This document shows, piece by piece, positions 29,001 to 38,020 of a stretch of 64,000 nt of DNA; position 1 is the first letter of the stretch; each line of letters opens with the position of its first letter. The position numbers and the translations under genes were made by a program. Where the stretch lies: the NCBI GenBank assembly GCA_039028615.1, contig JBCCHT010000021.1, forward strand, positions 128,001 to 192,000, given 5' to 3'. Below the pieces are notes generated by a model. The model saw only the letters and a program-made list of their open reading frames with translations. It had not been told where the DNA came from and did not search any database. This stretch comes from Myxococcota bacterium (GTDB lineage Bacteria > Myxococcota_A > Polyangia > Nannocystales > Nannocystaceae).

Positions 29001-30929
29001 ATGGAACGCGCATTCGATCGAATCCTCGTGATCATGTTCGAAAACCAGTATCGCGAGTACGTGATGGCCAACCCCTATATGCGTGGGCTCGCGCGGCAGG
29101 GGATCGACATGGCCAACTTTCACGGCGTGATGCATCCGTCGCAGACCAACTACATCGCCTCGGTGTCGGGCGAGCTGTGCAACGTCACCGACGACGACTC
29201 GCCGGGCCTGCTGCCGCAGCGCACCATCGTGGACCTCATCGAGGAGGCTCCCGGTGACCTACAGTGGAAGGCGTACATGGATGGCTATCGGCCGGCCAAG
29301 ACGCCCTGGACCCCGGAGCTGGTGCCACAGGACGACTTCCCCTACGTCATCAAGCACAACCCGTTTTCATCGTACGGCAACATCGTGCGCAACGAGTTGC
29401 GGTGGAAGCGAATCGTGGACCAGACGCAGTTCTTCCGCGACGTGCTCAACGGCGAGCTGCCCCACTACGCCTGGTTTACGCCAGACATGTGGAACGACGG
29501 GCACTACACCGACGGGACCCAGAGCGAGCCGGCGGAGCGCGCCCCGGCCCTGGTCGACCAGCTGGCGCGGTGGCTCGAGGAGTTCTTCGGGGCGCTCGAC
29601 TTTCCTGGGCCCGACTCGAGGCTGCCCAAGGGCACCCTGGTCGTGGTGACCTTCGACGAGTCCGATTTCCTGAAGAAGTTCGATGCGGGCAAGAAGTACA
29701 CCTACGACGGTCCGAACCAGGTCTATACCGTGCTGCTGGGCGACATGATCGAGCCCGGCGTGCAGGACGGGGCCTACAACCACTACAACTTGCTGCGCAC
29801 GATCGAGCTGAACTTCGGGCTCGGCGACCTGGGCAAGAACGACGCGGGGGCGACTCCGCTGCGGTTTTTGTGGGGGCAGACCTTCGACTGGGAGCCGCCC
29901 GAGGATACGCCGATCCACACCCATGGCCACGTCGCGAGCGCGGGCCTGGGGGATGTGCTGCACGTGGTCGTCCGTGATGAAGACGGCGGCTTGCGGCACA
30001 CGACCTTCAACGGCCAGGCCTGGGGGGTGCCCCGACCGATCGGAGCTCGTTCGACCGGTCCGCTGTGCATGGCCGCGAGGGGCGACCAGCTGGTGCTGAT
30101 GTTCGCGGGCGACAAGGGGCAGCTGTCGTCGTTGACCTACGACCTTCAGCACGGCTGGTCCTCCGAGCCCGAGGCCGTGGCCGTGGGGGAGAGCCGACAC
30201 ATCGCGTTGTGTGCCTTCGGAGGCGGCAGCGAGCTGATGGCCGTGTGGGTCGACGGGGAGGCGATCAAGTCGCGCCGCTACGACGGCTCGGGTTGGGCGC
30301 CCGACACGACCGACACCGGGCACACCACCCAAGGGGCGCTGGCCATCGGTGCGATCGGCCCTTCGCTGTTCTTGGTGTTCCAGAGCGAGGATGGGGGCCT
30401 GAGCGCGGTTACCTACAACACCGCGGACTTCAACACGACGACCGTCGCCACCTCCAAGTACTCGGGACCGTGGGATGACACCGTGGCCAACCAGTGGTCG
30501 CCGAGCGCATTCGCGGTGGGGCGTTTCGGCGCCGCAGCGTTCGAAGGGACGCCGAAGGAACTCGAGCCCGTCACCGTGCCGGTCGAGTCCGGGGCCCCGG
30601 TGGTCATGGCCGCCCACGACGGCACATTGCACCTCGCCCACGCGGGGGTGGCCAACCGTCAGCTGCTCACCGAGCGCTTCTCGGTGCCCGGTGTTCTCAC
30701 GCCCAAGCTCCGCGTCTCGTACAAGGCCACCGAGGACAAGACCACCAGCAACGGCTACGGCACGCTGGCCGAGGCCGGGTGGACGAGCTCGGAGCCCATC
30801 GACTTCAGCTGGGTCGGTGAAGGCGGGGCCGCCAGCATGGCGACCGTGGGCGACGAGCTGGTGCTGCTCGCACAGCCCGAGGCGGGCGGCCCGTTGCAGA
30901 TCCTCGTGGCGGGCTACGAGCAAGAGTGA
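29001..30929 (+). CDS. SapM/fungal-type acid phosphatase (phosphoesterase family) with C-terminal beta-propeller/lectin-like repeats
   Basis: FDRILVIMFENQ, HPSQTNYIA, KHNPF, TPDMWNDGH, TFDE, YNHYNLLRTIE; repeated Trp-containing blades after about aa 295. Confidence 0.85.
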   Translation: MERAFDRILVIMFENQYREYVMANPYMRGLARQGIDMANFHGVMHPSQTNYIASVSGELCNVTDDDSPGLLPQRTIVDLIEEAPGDLQWKAYMDGYRPAKTPWTPELVPQDDFPYVIKHNPFSSYGNIVRNELRWKRIVDQTQFFRDVLNGELPHYAWFTPDMWNDGHYTDGTQSEPAERAPALVDQLARWLEEFFGALDFPGPDSRLPKGTLVVVTFDESDFLKKFDAGKKYTYDGPNQVYTVLLGDMIEPGVQDGAYNHYNLLRTIELNFGLGDLGKNDAGATPLRFLWGQTFDWEPPEDTPIHTHGHVASAGLGDVLHVVVRDEDGGLRHTTFNGQAWGVPRPIGARSTGPLCMAARGDQLVLMFAGDKGQLSSLTYDLQHGWSSEPEAVAVGESRHIALCAFGGGSELMAVWVDGEAIKSRRYDGSGWAPDTTDTGHTTQGALAIGAIGPSLFLVFQSEDGGLSAVTYNTADFNTTTVATSKYSGPWDDTVANQWSPSAFAVGRFGAAAFEGTPKELEPVTVPVESGAPVVMAAHDGTLHLAHAGVANRQLLTERFSVPGVLTPKLRVSYKATEDKTTSNGYGTLAEAGWTSSEPIDFSWVGEGGAASMATVGDELVLLAQPEAGGPLQILVAGYEQE

Positions 30930-30939
30930 CGGGCGGTGA

Positions 30940-30975
30940 CCGAAGCCGGGCGGACCGAGTCATGCCCGGCTTCGG
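30940..30975. terminator. Hairpin between convergent transcription units
   Basis: CCGAAGCCGGGC (30940-30951) and GCCCGGCTTCGG (30964-30975) form a perfect 12-bp stem. Confidence 0.65.
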
Positions 30976-30990
30976 CGGTTCATCGGCCGT

Positions 30991-33909
30991 TCAGCGAGCC
31001 GTGTCGCACGCCTCGAGCCACTGCTCCACGTCTGCGATCTCATTGGACGCCCCAGGGCCGTATTCGACGTAGGCTTTGTGGGCGCGTCGGGCGAGGGCGC
31101 ATGCCTCGTTCGAGGGGGAAGCCGTGCCGGTCATGACGCGGGCCTGAACGAACTGCACGCTGGCGAGAATGTCTGGGTGACCCTCGATCGCATCGGCGAT
31201 TGCTGCGGCGTGGTCGGCGTGGTGCTTTGCCCGATCGAAGTCGCGCTGCTCGACCGCGACATCGGCGAGGCCCACCAGGGTCCGCGCCGTGGCGGGGTGC
31301 TCGGGACCCAGCGCCCATTGCTGGACATCAAACGCCCGCTGCAGGTGCTCTCGTGCGTCCTCTAGGCGCCCCATCTCGATGAGCAGGAGGCCGAGGTAGC
31401 AGTCGTCGTAGGCGACGAAGGGATGATTGGGGCCGAGGTGAGCCAGCTCGATCCGCCGGGCACTTCGGTAGGCCTGCTCGGCATCTTCGAATTTGTGCTG
31501 GGACATGAGGATATGGCCGAGGTTGGCGAGGATCGGAGCGAGCGTATGGTGCTCTCGCCCGTTTGCCCGCTCGACAAAGCGGAGCTTCTGGCGGGTGTGT
31601 GCCTCGGCCTCGGCATAGCGTCCCTGGAGCGCCTCGAGGTTGGCGAGGCGCCCCACGAGCCGCTCGGGAGCGAGCTCGGGGTCTGCAGAGAAACCCTCGG
31701 CCATCTCGATCGCCCGGCCATAGGTGATCCGGGCGTCCTCGAGCTTGCTCTGGCAGAGCAGCACGTCGCCTAGCATGAGCTGGACCTTCGAGGCATCCGG
31801 TGACGTTGGGGACGGCAGCTGCCCGTGGATGTCTTCGGCCTCACGGAGCAGCCGTTCCGCGCCGACACAGTTCCCCTTCTGCTTGTCGATGCGGGCGAGC
31901 AAGAACAACGCGTTGGCGACGGCGGGGTGATGAGGACCCAACGAATCCCGGCGGGCATCGAGGGCCCACGTGGCGTGTCCTGCGGCGGCCTCGAATCGGC
32001 CCTGCTCCATCAGCGTGGCGGCCAGGCCGTGGTGGGTGTTGCCGACGAGCTGGTGATGAGGCCCCAGTCGCGATGCTCGCTCGGTGAGCGCACGACGATG
32101 GAAGCTCTCCGCCTCGCGGTAGCGACCGTTGTCGTCGAGGATGGTGCCCAAGGTCTGATGGACCATGGCCTGCGCGAGCACGTCGTCACGACGTCGGGCT
32201 AGGGCCATCGCGCTGGAGGCCCACGTGATGCCGGCTTGGTGCTGGGACGCGACGAAGCCGAGCTCATGGGCGAGACGGATCGCACTCGAGAATGCCAGCC
32301 GGTCGTATCCGTGCTCGAGGGCGACGGGATAGGCACGCTCGAGGTCACCGCGAGCCCCGTCGAAGTCACCGAGGTCGGATCGCAGGGCGCCTCGTTGCAC
32401 CCACGTCTCCACTTGCAGCTCGAGGTCCCCCGAGGCTCGTGCTCGCTCGGCGAGCGGTTCCAATCGTTCGAGCGCGTCGGCAAATCGCCCCACGTGCTGA
32501 AGCGCCTCCACGACGGCCAGCGAGTGTCGCACCTGAGTCGCGAGGACCGACGGCGGCTCACTCGAGCGCTCGTCCAGGTTTTCGCAGCGAGTGAGCGGCG
32601 GCAGGCCTTCGACCAGGGTGACGGCCTCATCGACGATGCGATCGTCTGCATCAGCCAGGAGATCGACGGTCGCGGCGATGTGGGCCCGAAGGTCGCCGAG
32701 GCACCTCAGGGTGGGGTCACTGACGGGCGCTTCGGCGAGCTGACCCTCGCAGGCCCCTCGGTAGCGGCGGGCCCACGCGCCCACGTATTGGCCGAGATCG
32801 GACTCGACCCGCTCCCACGTCTCGGAGGCGTAGGGACGGCTGGTGGCGAGCAGAGACTGCTGCACCTCGAGCTGTGTCTCCTCGCTCCACACCCCCTGCC
32901 GCAGGGCTCCCTCGTCGGGGCACGCCCCCCGCCCTTGGGCTCCGAACAGGGCACCCGCCGTCGCCATCGAGCCGAGCATGACGACCAGTGCGGCTCGTCG
33001 ACGTCGGGAGCGTCGATGGCTGGCGTCGATCTCGAGCAGCAAGACCTCGAGCGAGGGCCATCGCGCGGCAGGATCTTCTCGGAGCCCTCGCCACAGCGCC
33101 CGGCGTAGCCACCGGGGCGCGGGGTGTCCCCACGGAGGCTCGGTGGGGGTGTTGCGATCGTCGTCGCCGAAGGGGAGCTTGCCGAACAGCGCCTCGTACA
33201 GGGATACGCAGAAGCTGAACTGGTCGCTGCGATGGTCGGCGACCTGTCCGTGTCGCAGCTCGGGGGCGATGTAGCCTCGGGTCCCGACCACCACGCGGGT
33301 GGAGATGGTGGTCTCCGTCAGCGGGGAGCGGCCAGGATCGGCCTGGGCGAGGCCGAAGTCCAGGACTCGAACGCGCCCGTACTCGTCGCGGATGCAGTTG
33401 CTGGGCTTGAAGTCGCGATGCACCAGCCCGGCCGAGTGCGCGGCGGCGAGACCACGGCCCGCCTGCAGGTAGGCGTCGAGGCACGCGGACCAGTGGCGGC
33501 CCGGGCGTTGCCACTCGGCGAGCGTGGAGCCGGTGACCTGCTCCATCACGATGAACGGGGTCCCGTCGATCTCGCCCACTTCGTGGATCTGGACGACGTT
33601 GGGGTGAGACAGCTTGGCGAGCGCCTGCGCCTCGTGCATCAAGCGGCGGTCGTCGGCGTTTCGCAGGCGCTCTCGCAGGAGCTTGACCGCCACCGTTCGA
33701 TCGAGCTTGGGGTCGTAGGCCTCGTAGACCTTGCCCATACCCCCTCGTCCGAGCTCGCGCTGGATGACGAAGCGGTCGATCTGCGTGCGGACGGGGCCTC
33801 CGTGGGACGGGAACAAGCGGGCTTTGATCGCGGAGCGCTGTCGCGTGCCGACCGGGTCGTCGATGGACACGCCGGCCAAGCACCGCTCGATGTCCTCGTC
33901 ATGAAGCAT
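30991..33909 (-). CDS. Ser/Thr protein kinase with transmembrane segment and TPR repeats
   Basis: [32 protein letters not shown]-terminal LGPxHP TPR repeats. Confidence 0.95.
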   Translation of the reverse strand: MLHDEDIERCLAGVSIDDPVGTRQRSAIKARLFPSHGGPVRTQIDRFVIQRELGRGGMGKVYEAYDPKLDRTVAVKLLRERLRNADDRRLMHEAQALAKLSHPNVVQIHEVGEIDGTPFIVMEQVTGSTLAEWQRPGRHWSACLDAYLQAGRGLAAAHSAGLVHRDFKPSNCIRDEYGRVRVLDFGLAQADPGRSPLTETTISTRVVVGTRGYIAPELRHGQVADHRSDQFSFCVSLYEALFGKLPFGDDDRNTPTEPPWGHPAPRWLRRALWRGLREDPAARWPSLEVLLLEIDASHRRSRRRRAALVVMLGSMATAGALFGAQGRGACPDEGALRQGVWSEETQLEVQQSLLATSRPYASETWERVESDLGQYVGAWARRYRGACEGQLAEAPVSDPTLRCLGDLRAHIAATVDLLADADDRIVDEAVTLVEGLPPLTRCENLDERSSEPPSVLATQVRHSLAVVEALQHVGRFADALERLEPLAERARASGDLELQVETWVQRGALRSDLGDFDGARGDLERAYPVALEHGYDRLAFSSAIRLAHELGFVASQHQAGITWASSAMALARRRDDVLAQAMVHQTLGTILDDNGRYREAESFHRRALTERASRLGPHHQLVGNTHHGLAATLMEQGRFEAAAGHATWALDARRDSLGPHHPAVANALFLLARIDKQKGNCVGAERLLREAEDIHGQLPSPTSPDASKVQLMLGDVLLCQSKLEDARITYGRAIEMAEGFSADPELAPERLVGRLANLEALQGRYAEAEAHTRQKLRFVERANGREHHTLAPILANLGHILMSQHKFEDAEQAYRSARRIELAHLGPNHPFVAYDDCYLGLLLIEMGRLEDAREHLQRAFDVQQWALGPEHPATARTLVGLADVAVEQRDFDRAKHHADHAAAIADAIEGHPDILASVQFVQARVMTGTASPSNEACALARRAHKAYVEYGPGASNEIADVEQWLEACDTAR

Positions 33910-34528
33910 CGTCGAGCTTCCGTACTCGAGCGGCCCACCCTTCGAGGGTCGTCATCGTGGAGTCCAGGGCCTGGCCGGATCGAGCCAAGCGCTCCATTTG
34001 CTGCTCGAGGACCTGCTTGGCGCGCAAGAGCCGGTTCTTCACGGTGGAGTCGGGAATCTCCAGCACTTCGGCGAGCTCTCGCAGCTTGAGCCCCTCCCAG
34101 TACCGCAGCTCGAGCAGGACCTGCGTCTGCAGCGGCACGCTACGGAGCGCGGCGAGCATCATCCGCTTGCTCTCGTCGTCGGCGATGACGTCGCTCGGGG
34201 TCTGCCCCATGTCTTCCACCGACATGCTGCCGAGCGCGGCGTGGTTGCGCGGGCCGAAGGCTCGGCGGCATCGGGACAGCCAGATGTGGGTCGCAATTCC
34301 CAGCAAGAACGTGCGAAAGGACGAGGTGCCGCGGAACCTCGCGGCCGACTCCACACACTCGAGGAAGGTGGTCTGGATGAGGTCTTCCCGCTCGCAGGGA
34401 TCGAGGACCTTGTTGTGGAAGAAGCGCTCGGCGACGGGGTAATAGCGCTCGAACAGCGTTTCTCCGGCAGAGGAGGCGCCGCCCTGCCAGGCGGTCAAAA
34501 GTTCGGGGTCGGTGGGTGAGGGTCCCAA
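33899..34528 (-). CDS. ECF RNA polymerase sigma factor, overlapping the kinase gene
   Basis: EDLIQTTF, FRGTSSFRTFLLGIA, ELRYWEGLKLRELAEVLEIPDSTVKNRLLRA; start uncertain (TTG 34528 or 34612). Confidence 0.92.
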   Translation of the reverse strand: MGPSPTDPELLTAWQGGASSAGETLFERYYPVAERFFHNKVLDPCEREDLIQTTFLECVESAARFRGTSSFRTFLLGIATHIWLSRCRRAFGPRNHAALGSMSVEDMGQTPSDVIADDESKRMMLAALRSVPLQTQVLLELRYWEGLKLRELAEVLEIPDSTVKNRLLRAKQVLEQQMERLARSGQALDSTMTTLEGWAARVRKLDDAS

Positions 34529-34608
34529 GTTCCTTCGACTCCAATCGACGCGGACCGTAGCCGATGGCCAATGGCCTGTCGACGTTCGATCACGCGCGCC
34601 TTTTTTTC

Positions 34609-34722
34609 GCAATCAAACCGAGGGCGGGCGCGACTCACTCGACCTGGCCGCACAGGGGGGCGGTGCTCGTTCCGTTTTGGTCGTTCAACTCGTGCAATCA
34701 AACGCCGGCGTCGCGCGACTCA
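34609..34722 (+). promoter_or_regulatory. Two copies of a bipartite ECF-promoter-like motif GCAATCAAAC-N9-GCGCGACTCA
   Basis: Identical 10-bp boxes with the same 9-bp spacing at 34609-34637 and 34694-34722, upstream of 34757. Confidence 0.6.
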
Positions 34723-34756
34723 ACTACTCGGGGCTCGAGAGGCCTCGCACTCGCTC

Positions 34757-36445
34757 ATGAACGCACGCAGCTTCCTCCTGATTTGTTCTGTGCCCCTGGG
34801 ATGCATCACGGACGTGCCAGGCCCTCCGCTCGGCTCGGGGACCTTTGGTTCGGACACGGGAGGCTCCGCTGACTCGGCCGAGACCGAAGCGGTGGACGAC
34901 ACCGCGGACGGAGGCGGAGAGGGGGGCGGCTGCTCGTCGATGGGAGATTGCTCGCCCGGGGAAGCCTGCGGTGACGCCGAAGATTGCGCCAGCGGGCACT
35001 GCGTCGACGGGGTGTGCTGTGCCTCCGAGTGTGACGCGGGCTGCTACTCGTGCGCGCCGGAGACGGGGGAGTGCGTGCCGGACGGGGCGGGCTCCGACCC
35101 GGCGGGGGACTGTGCATCGGGTACCTGCGATGGCGCGGGGCAGTGCACCTCGGGCGAGCCGCAGTGGGCGGACAGCTACGGGGCACCGCCCGACGGAGAC
35201 GCCGACGGGAACGACGACGGAACCGGGATCACGGTCGATGGCGCCGGCAACGTGTATGTGGTGGGGGCGTTCTCGGGCTCCATCGACATCGCGGGCCCGA
35301 CGCTGACCGCGGGGGGTGGCAACGATATGTTCGTCGCGAGTTTCGCCCCCGATGGTGCTCCCCGCTGGAGCATCGGGGTCGGCACGGTCGGTCACGATCG
35401 CGGCAACGGGATCGCCATCACCAGCGAGGGCACGGTGGTCGCGGTCGGCATCATGGCGGACGACCCCGGCGTGGGTGCACCGTGGCCCGAGCAGGGCCCG
35501 CAGGGCCTCGTGCTGAATCTGAACCCCGATGGCACGGTCGTTGGGAGTACGGCGATCGTCGGCACGGAGTCCAGCCGGGCCATGGGGGTCGCGGCGGGCC
35601 CCGACGGCTCGGTCTACGTCACCGGTGGTTTCTTCGGCACGCTGCAGGCGAACACCGAGCACGTCGGCGCGGGCAACGAGGATCTGTTCGTTGTGCGCCT
35701 CGATTCGTCGCTCGCCCCCGTGTGGTCCTGGACTCGCGGTGGCGCGACCAAGGACCTCGGCCGCGGGATTGCGGTGGGGCCCGGCGGCGAGCTGGCGGTG
35801 ACCGGCTTCCTCGATGAAGGCCTCGACGAGGGCGTGGACTCCTCGGCCGACGTCTACATTGCCGTCTTTGGCGAGGGGCCCAACCCCGCGCCGACGTGGG
35901 ATCGTCGCTATGAATCGCCGACCGTCGCCCTCGACAAGGGGCACCACGTCGAGTTCACGCCCAACGGCGATCTGGTCGCCGCCGGCTTCTTCGGCGGCTC
36001 CATCGACTTCGACGACGGAGTCCAGACGACCGCGGGCGATCGCGATGGCTTTGTCGCGCGGCTGCGCGGCGACACGGGCGCGCCGCTATGGGCGACGACG
36101 TTCGGCGCGGCGGGCATCGACATCGCCCACGGAGCGGTGCTCGATCCGGCGGGCAATGTGACCGTGGTGGGGCAGTTCAGCGAGCAGCCGTCGCTGGGCC
36201 CCGACACGCTCGCTGCGGTCGGAGAGCGGGATGCCCTCGTGGCGAAGTTGCGCGGGGACGATGGTGCGTTCCTGTGGAGCGCGGGCTTCGGGGGCACGGC
36301 GTCCGATCTGTTCAGCGACGCCGTCCACGACTCCACGGGGGCCGTGCTGGTGACGGGGCGGTTCTCGTCCAGCGCTCAGTTCGGCCCGAGCGACCTGACC
36401 GCGTCCGATGGCAGCGACGTTCTGATCATGAAGCTCGATCCTTGA
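34757..36445 (+). CDS. Lipoprotein with Cys-rich repeat and SBBP-like beta-propeller
   Basis: Lipobox PLG-C; CASGHCVDGVCC; repeated GITVDGAGNVYVVG..F / D.FVAKL..DG..LW blades. Confidence 0.85.
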   Translation: MNARSFLLICSVPLGCITDVPGPPLGSGTFGSDTGGSADSAETEAVDDTADGGGEGGGCSSMGDCSPGEACGDAEDCASGHCVDGVCCASECDAGCYSCAPETGECVPDGAGSDPAGDCASGTCDGAGQCTSGEPQWADSYGAPPDGDADGNDDGTGITVDGAGNVYVVGAFSGSIDIAGPTLTAGGGNDMFVASFAPDGAPRWSIGVGTVGHDRGNGIAITSEGTVVAVGIMADDPGVGAPWPEQGPQGLVLNLNPDGTVVGSTAIVGTESSRAMGVAAGPDGSVYVTGGFFGTLQANTEHVGAGNEDLFVVRLDSSLAPVWSWTRGGATKDLGRGIAVGPGGELAVTGFLDEGLDEGVDSSADVYIAVFGEGPNPAPTWDRRYESPTVALDKGHHVEFTPNGDLVAAGFFGGSIDFDDGVQTTAGDRDGFVARLRGDTGAPLWATTFGAAGIDIAHGAVLDPAGNVTVVGQFSEQPSLGPDTLAAVGERDALVAKLRGDDGAFLWSAGFGGTASDLFSDAVHDSTGAVLVTGRFSSSAQFGPSDLTASDGSDVLIMKLDP

Positions 36446-36467
36446 GCGAGCCGGAGGCGGCCGAGCT

Positions 36468-37397
36468 CTAGGCTCGTTGCTCTGCTCGGTACCGTCCGGG
36501 GCCGACGCCGACGTGTCGCCGGAAGGCTCGGTTGAACGAAGCCTCGGACCGGTACCCCACGCTGGCCGCGACCTCGGCCAGCGGCACGCCTCGCGAGCGC
36601 AGGGCCGCCTTCGCCTTCTCCATGCGCCACTGGGTCACGTACTGGATGGGCGTGACGCCTACCATGCGGTTGAACTGCTCGGAGAAGCTGGTGCGGCTCA
36701 TCCCCGCGCTCTTGGCCAGTCGTGCCACCGTCCAGTTCTCCGACGGTCGCTCGTGAATCTTCGCCAGTGCTCGCCCCAGGTGCGGATCACGGATCGCCGC
36801 CACCGGCCCGGCGACGTCTCCTCGCCGCTCGACCCACGCGCGGAGCACCTGGATGAACAGGATCTCGGCCATCCGAGAGGTCACCGCGTGGGCGCCAGGG
36901 CGGTCGACTCGGACCTCGTCCCCCAAAAAGCGCATGGCGTCGTCGAGCCAGCGGTAGTCGGAGCGGGCCCGGGCGGGAAAGTGAAGCACGGGGGGCAGCG
37001 CGTCGAGCAGCGGGTGCAAGGTGCCTCGCTCGAATGCGAAGTGGCCACAGACGAGCATGGTGAACTCACCCCCGCCGCCATGGACGAAAGGGGTCTCGCC
37101 CTCGAACTGGGCGTCTCGCAGGGCGTCATCGAGGTCCACGTAGTGCTCCGTGCTCGAGTCCGCGATGGTGTGCGCGCTCCCATGGGGCACGACGAGCAGG
37201 TCGCCACGGTTCAACGTGATGGGCTCGGCTTCTGATCCGGCGACCCGGACCCGGCAGGAGCCCTCGAGGCCGATATGGAACCGAGCGGCATTGCCGAACT
37301 CGGGGACGGCGAGCCCGAATGGGGCACTGAACTCCCCGCGGAAGTACAGCATGCCGGTCAGCTCGAAGGCATCCAGGATGTCGCTGAGTACGTCCAT
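36468..37397 (-). CDS. AraC family regulator (cupin N-domain)
   Basis: MDVLSDIL start; WTVARLAKSAGMSRTSF and VGYRSEASFNRAFRR HTHs. Confidence 0.95.
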   Translation of the reverse strand: MDVLSDILDAFELTGMLYFRGEFSAPFGLAVPEFGNAARFHIGLEGSCRVRVAGSEAEPITLNRGDLLVVPHGSAHTIADSSTEHYVDLDDALRDAQFEGETPFVHGGGGEFTMLVCGHFAFERGTLHPLLDALPPVLHFPARARSDYRWLDDAMRFLGDEVRVDRPGAHAVTSRMAEILFIQVLRAWVERRGDVAGPVAAIRDPHLGRALAKIHERPSENWTVARLAKSAGMSRTSFSEQFNRMVGVTPIQYVTQWRMEKAKAALRSRGVPLAEVAASVGYRSEASFNRAFRRHVGVGPGRYRAEQRA

Positions 37398-37464
37398 CAC
37401 CTCGGACCCCCGTGTGCGCCGAGGCAGAGTCGACCGCGATCGCTCTGCCTCGCGCGCGGGTCGT

Positions 37465-37818
37465 TCAGGGGTTGTAGTAGCGCTCGTGGACCACGACCCC
37501 GCCGCTCCACTGGCGACGAATGACCTCGTTCCACACGATCGGGTTGCCGTCGCCCCCGACCATGTCGAAGGTCCACTCCGACAGGGTGACGCCATCGCCG
37601 ACGCCAGAGCTGTGCAGCGTGGCGCCGTTGAACTTGGACAAGCTGCCCAAAAAGCCCTCTAGGCGGGTCTTGTTGGCCGCTCGTCCTTCGGTGGGGGCGG
37701 CGGTGCCTTCCTGCATCACGACGTTCTTGCAGTAGAATTCGTCGAGGGCACCGAGCACGTCGCCGGCTTGAATGCGTGCATTGAGGGCGGCCTCGCGATC
37801 TTCGATTTTCGTACTCAT
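37465..37818 (-). CDS. SnoaL-like / NTF2-like protein
   Basis: ALDEFY..NVVMQE...GRAANK...SEWTFD...QWSGGVVVHERYY. Confidence 0.88.
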   Translation of the reverse strand: MSTKIEDREAALNARIQAGDVLGALDEFYCKNVVMQEGTAAPTEGRAANKTRLEGFLGSLSKFNGATLHSSGVGDGVTLSEWTFDMVGGDGNPIVWNEVIRRQWSGGVVVHERYYNP

Positions 37819-37892
37819 TCGACTGTTCCTCGTTCGGCTGCGTTGTCGTTGCAGCCGAGAGGAACACTGACACCGCGGATCGGGACGGACCA

Positions 37893-37927
37893 TGCTCGAG
37901 CGTCCGCGGCCATTGCTCCAGCGTACG
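37893..37927 (-). promoter_or_regulatory. Direct repeats with 21-bp period, candidate AraC-family binding sites
   Basis: TGCTCGAGCGTCCG (37893) and TGCTCCAGCGTACG (37914) upstream of the SnoaL-araC genes. Confidence 0.5.
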
Positions 37928-38020
37928 AGTCGAGGCGTTCGCGACGGACGACCGGTGGGGGGCGGGGGGCTCGCAGTGGCGCACGATGCCCATGGTGCCG
38001 CCGCTTCCTCGCGGCCGACC

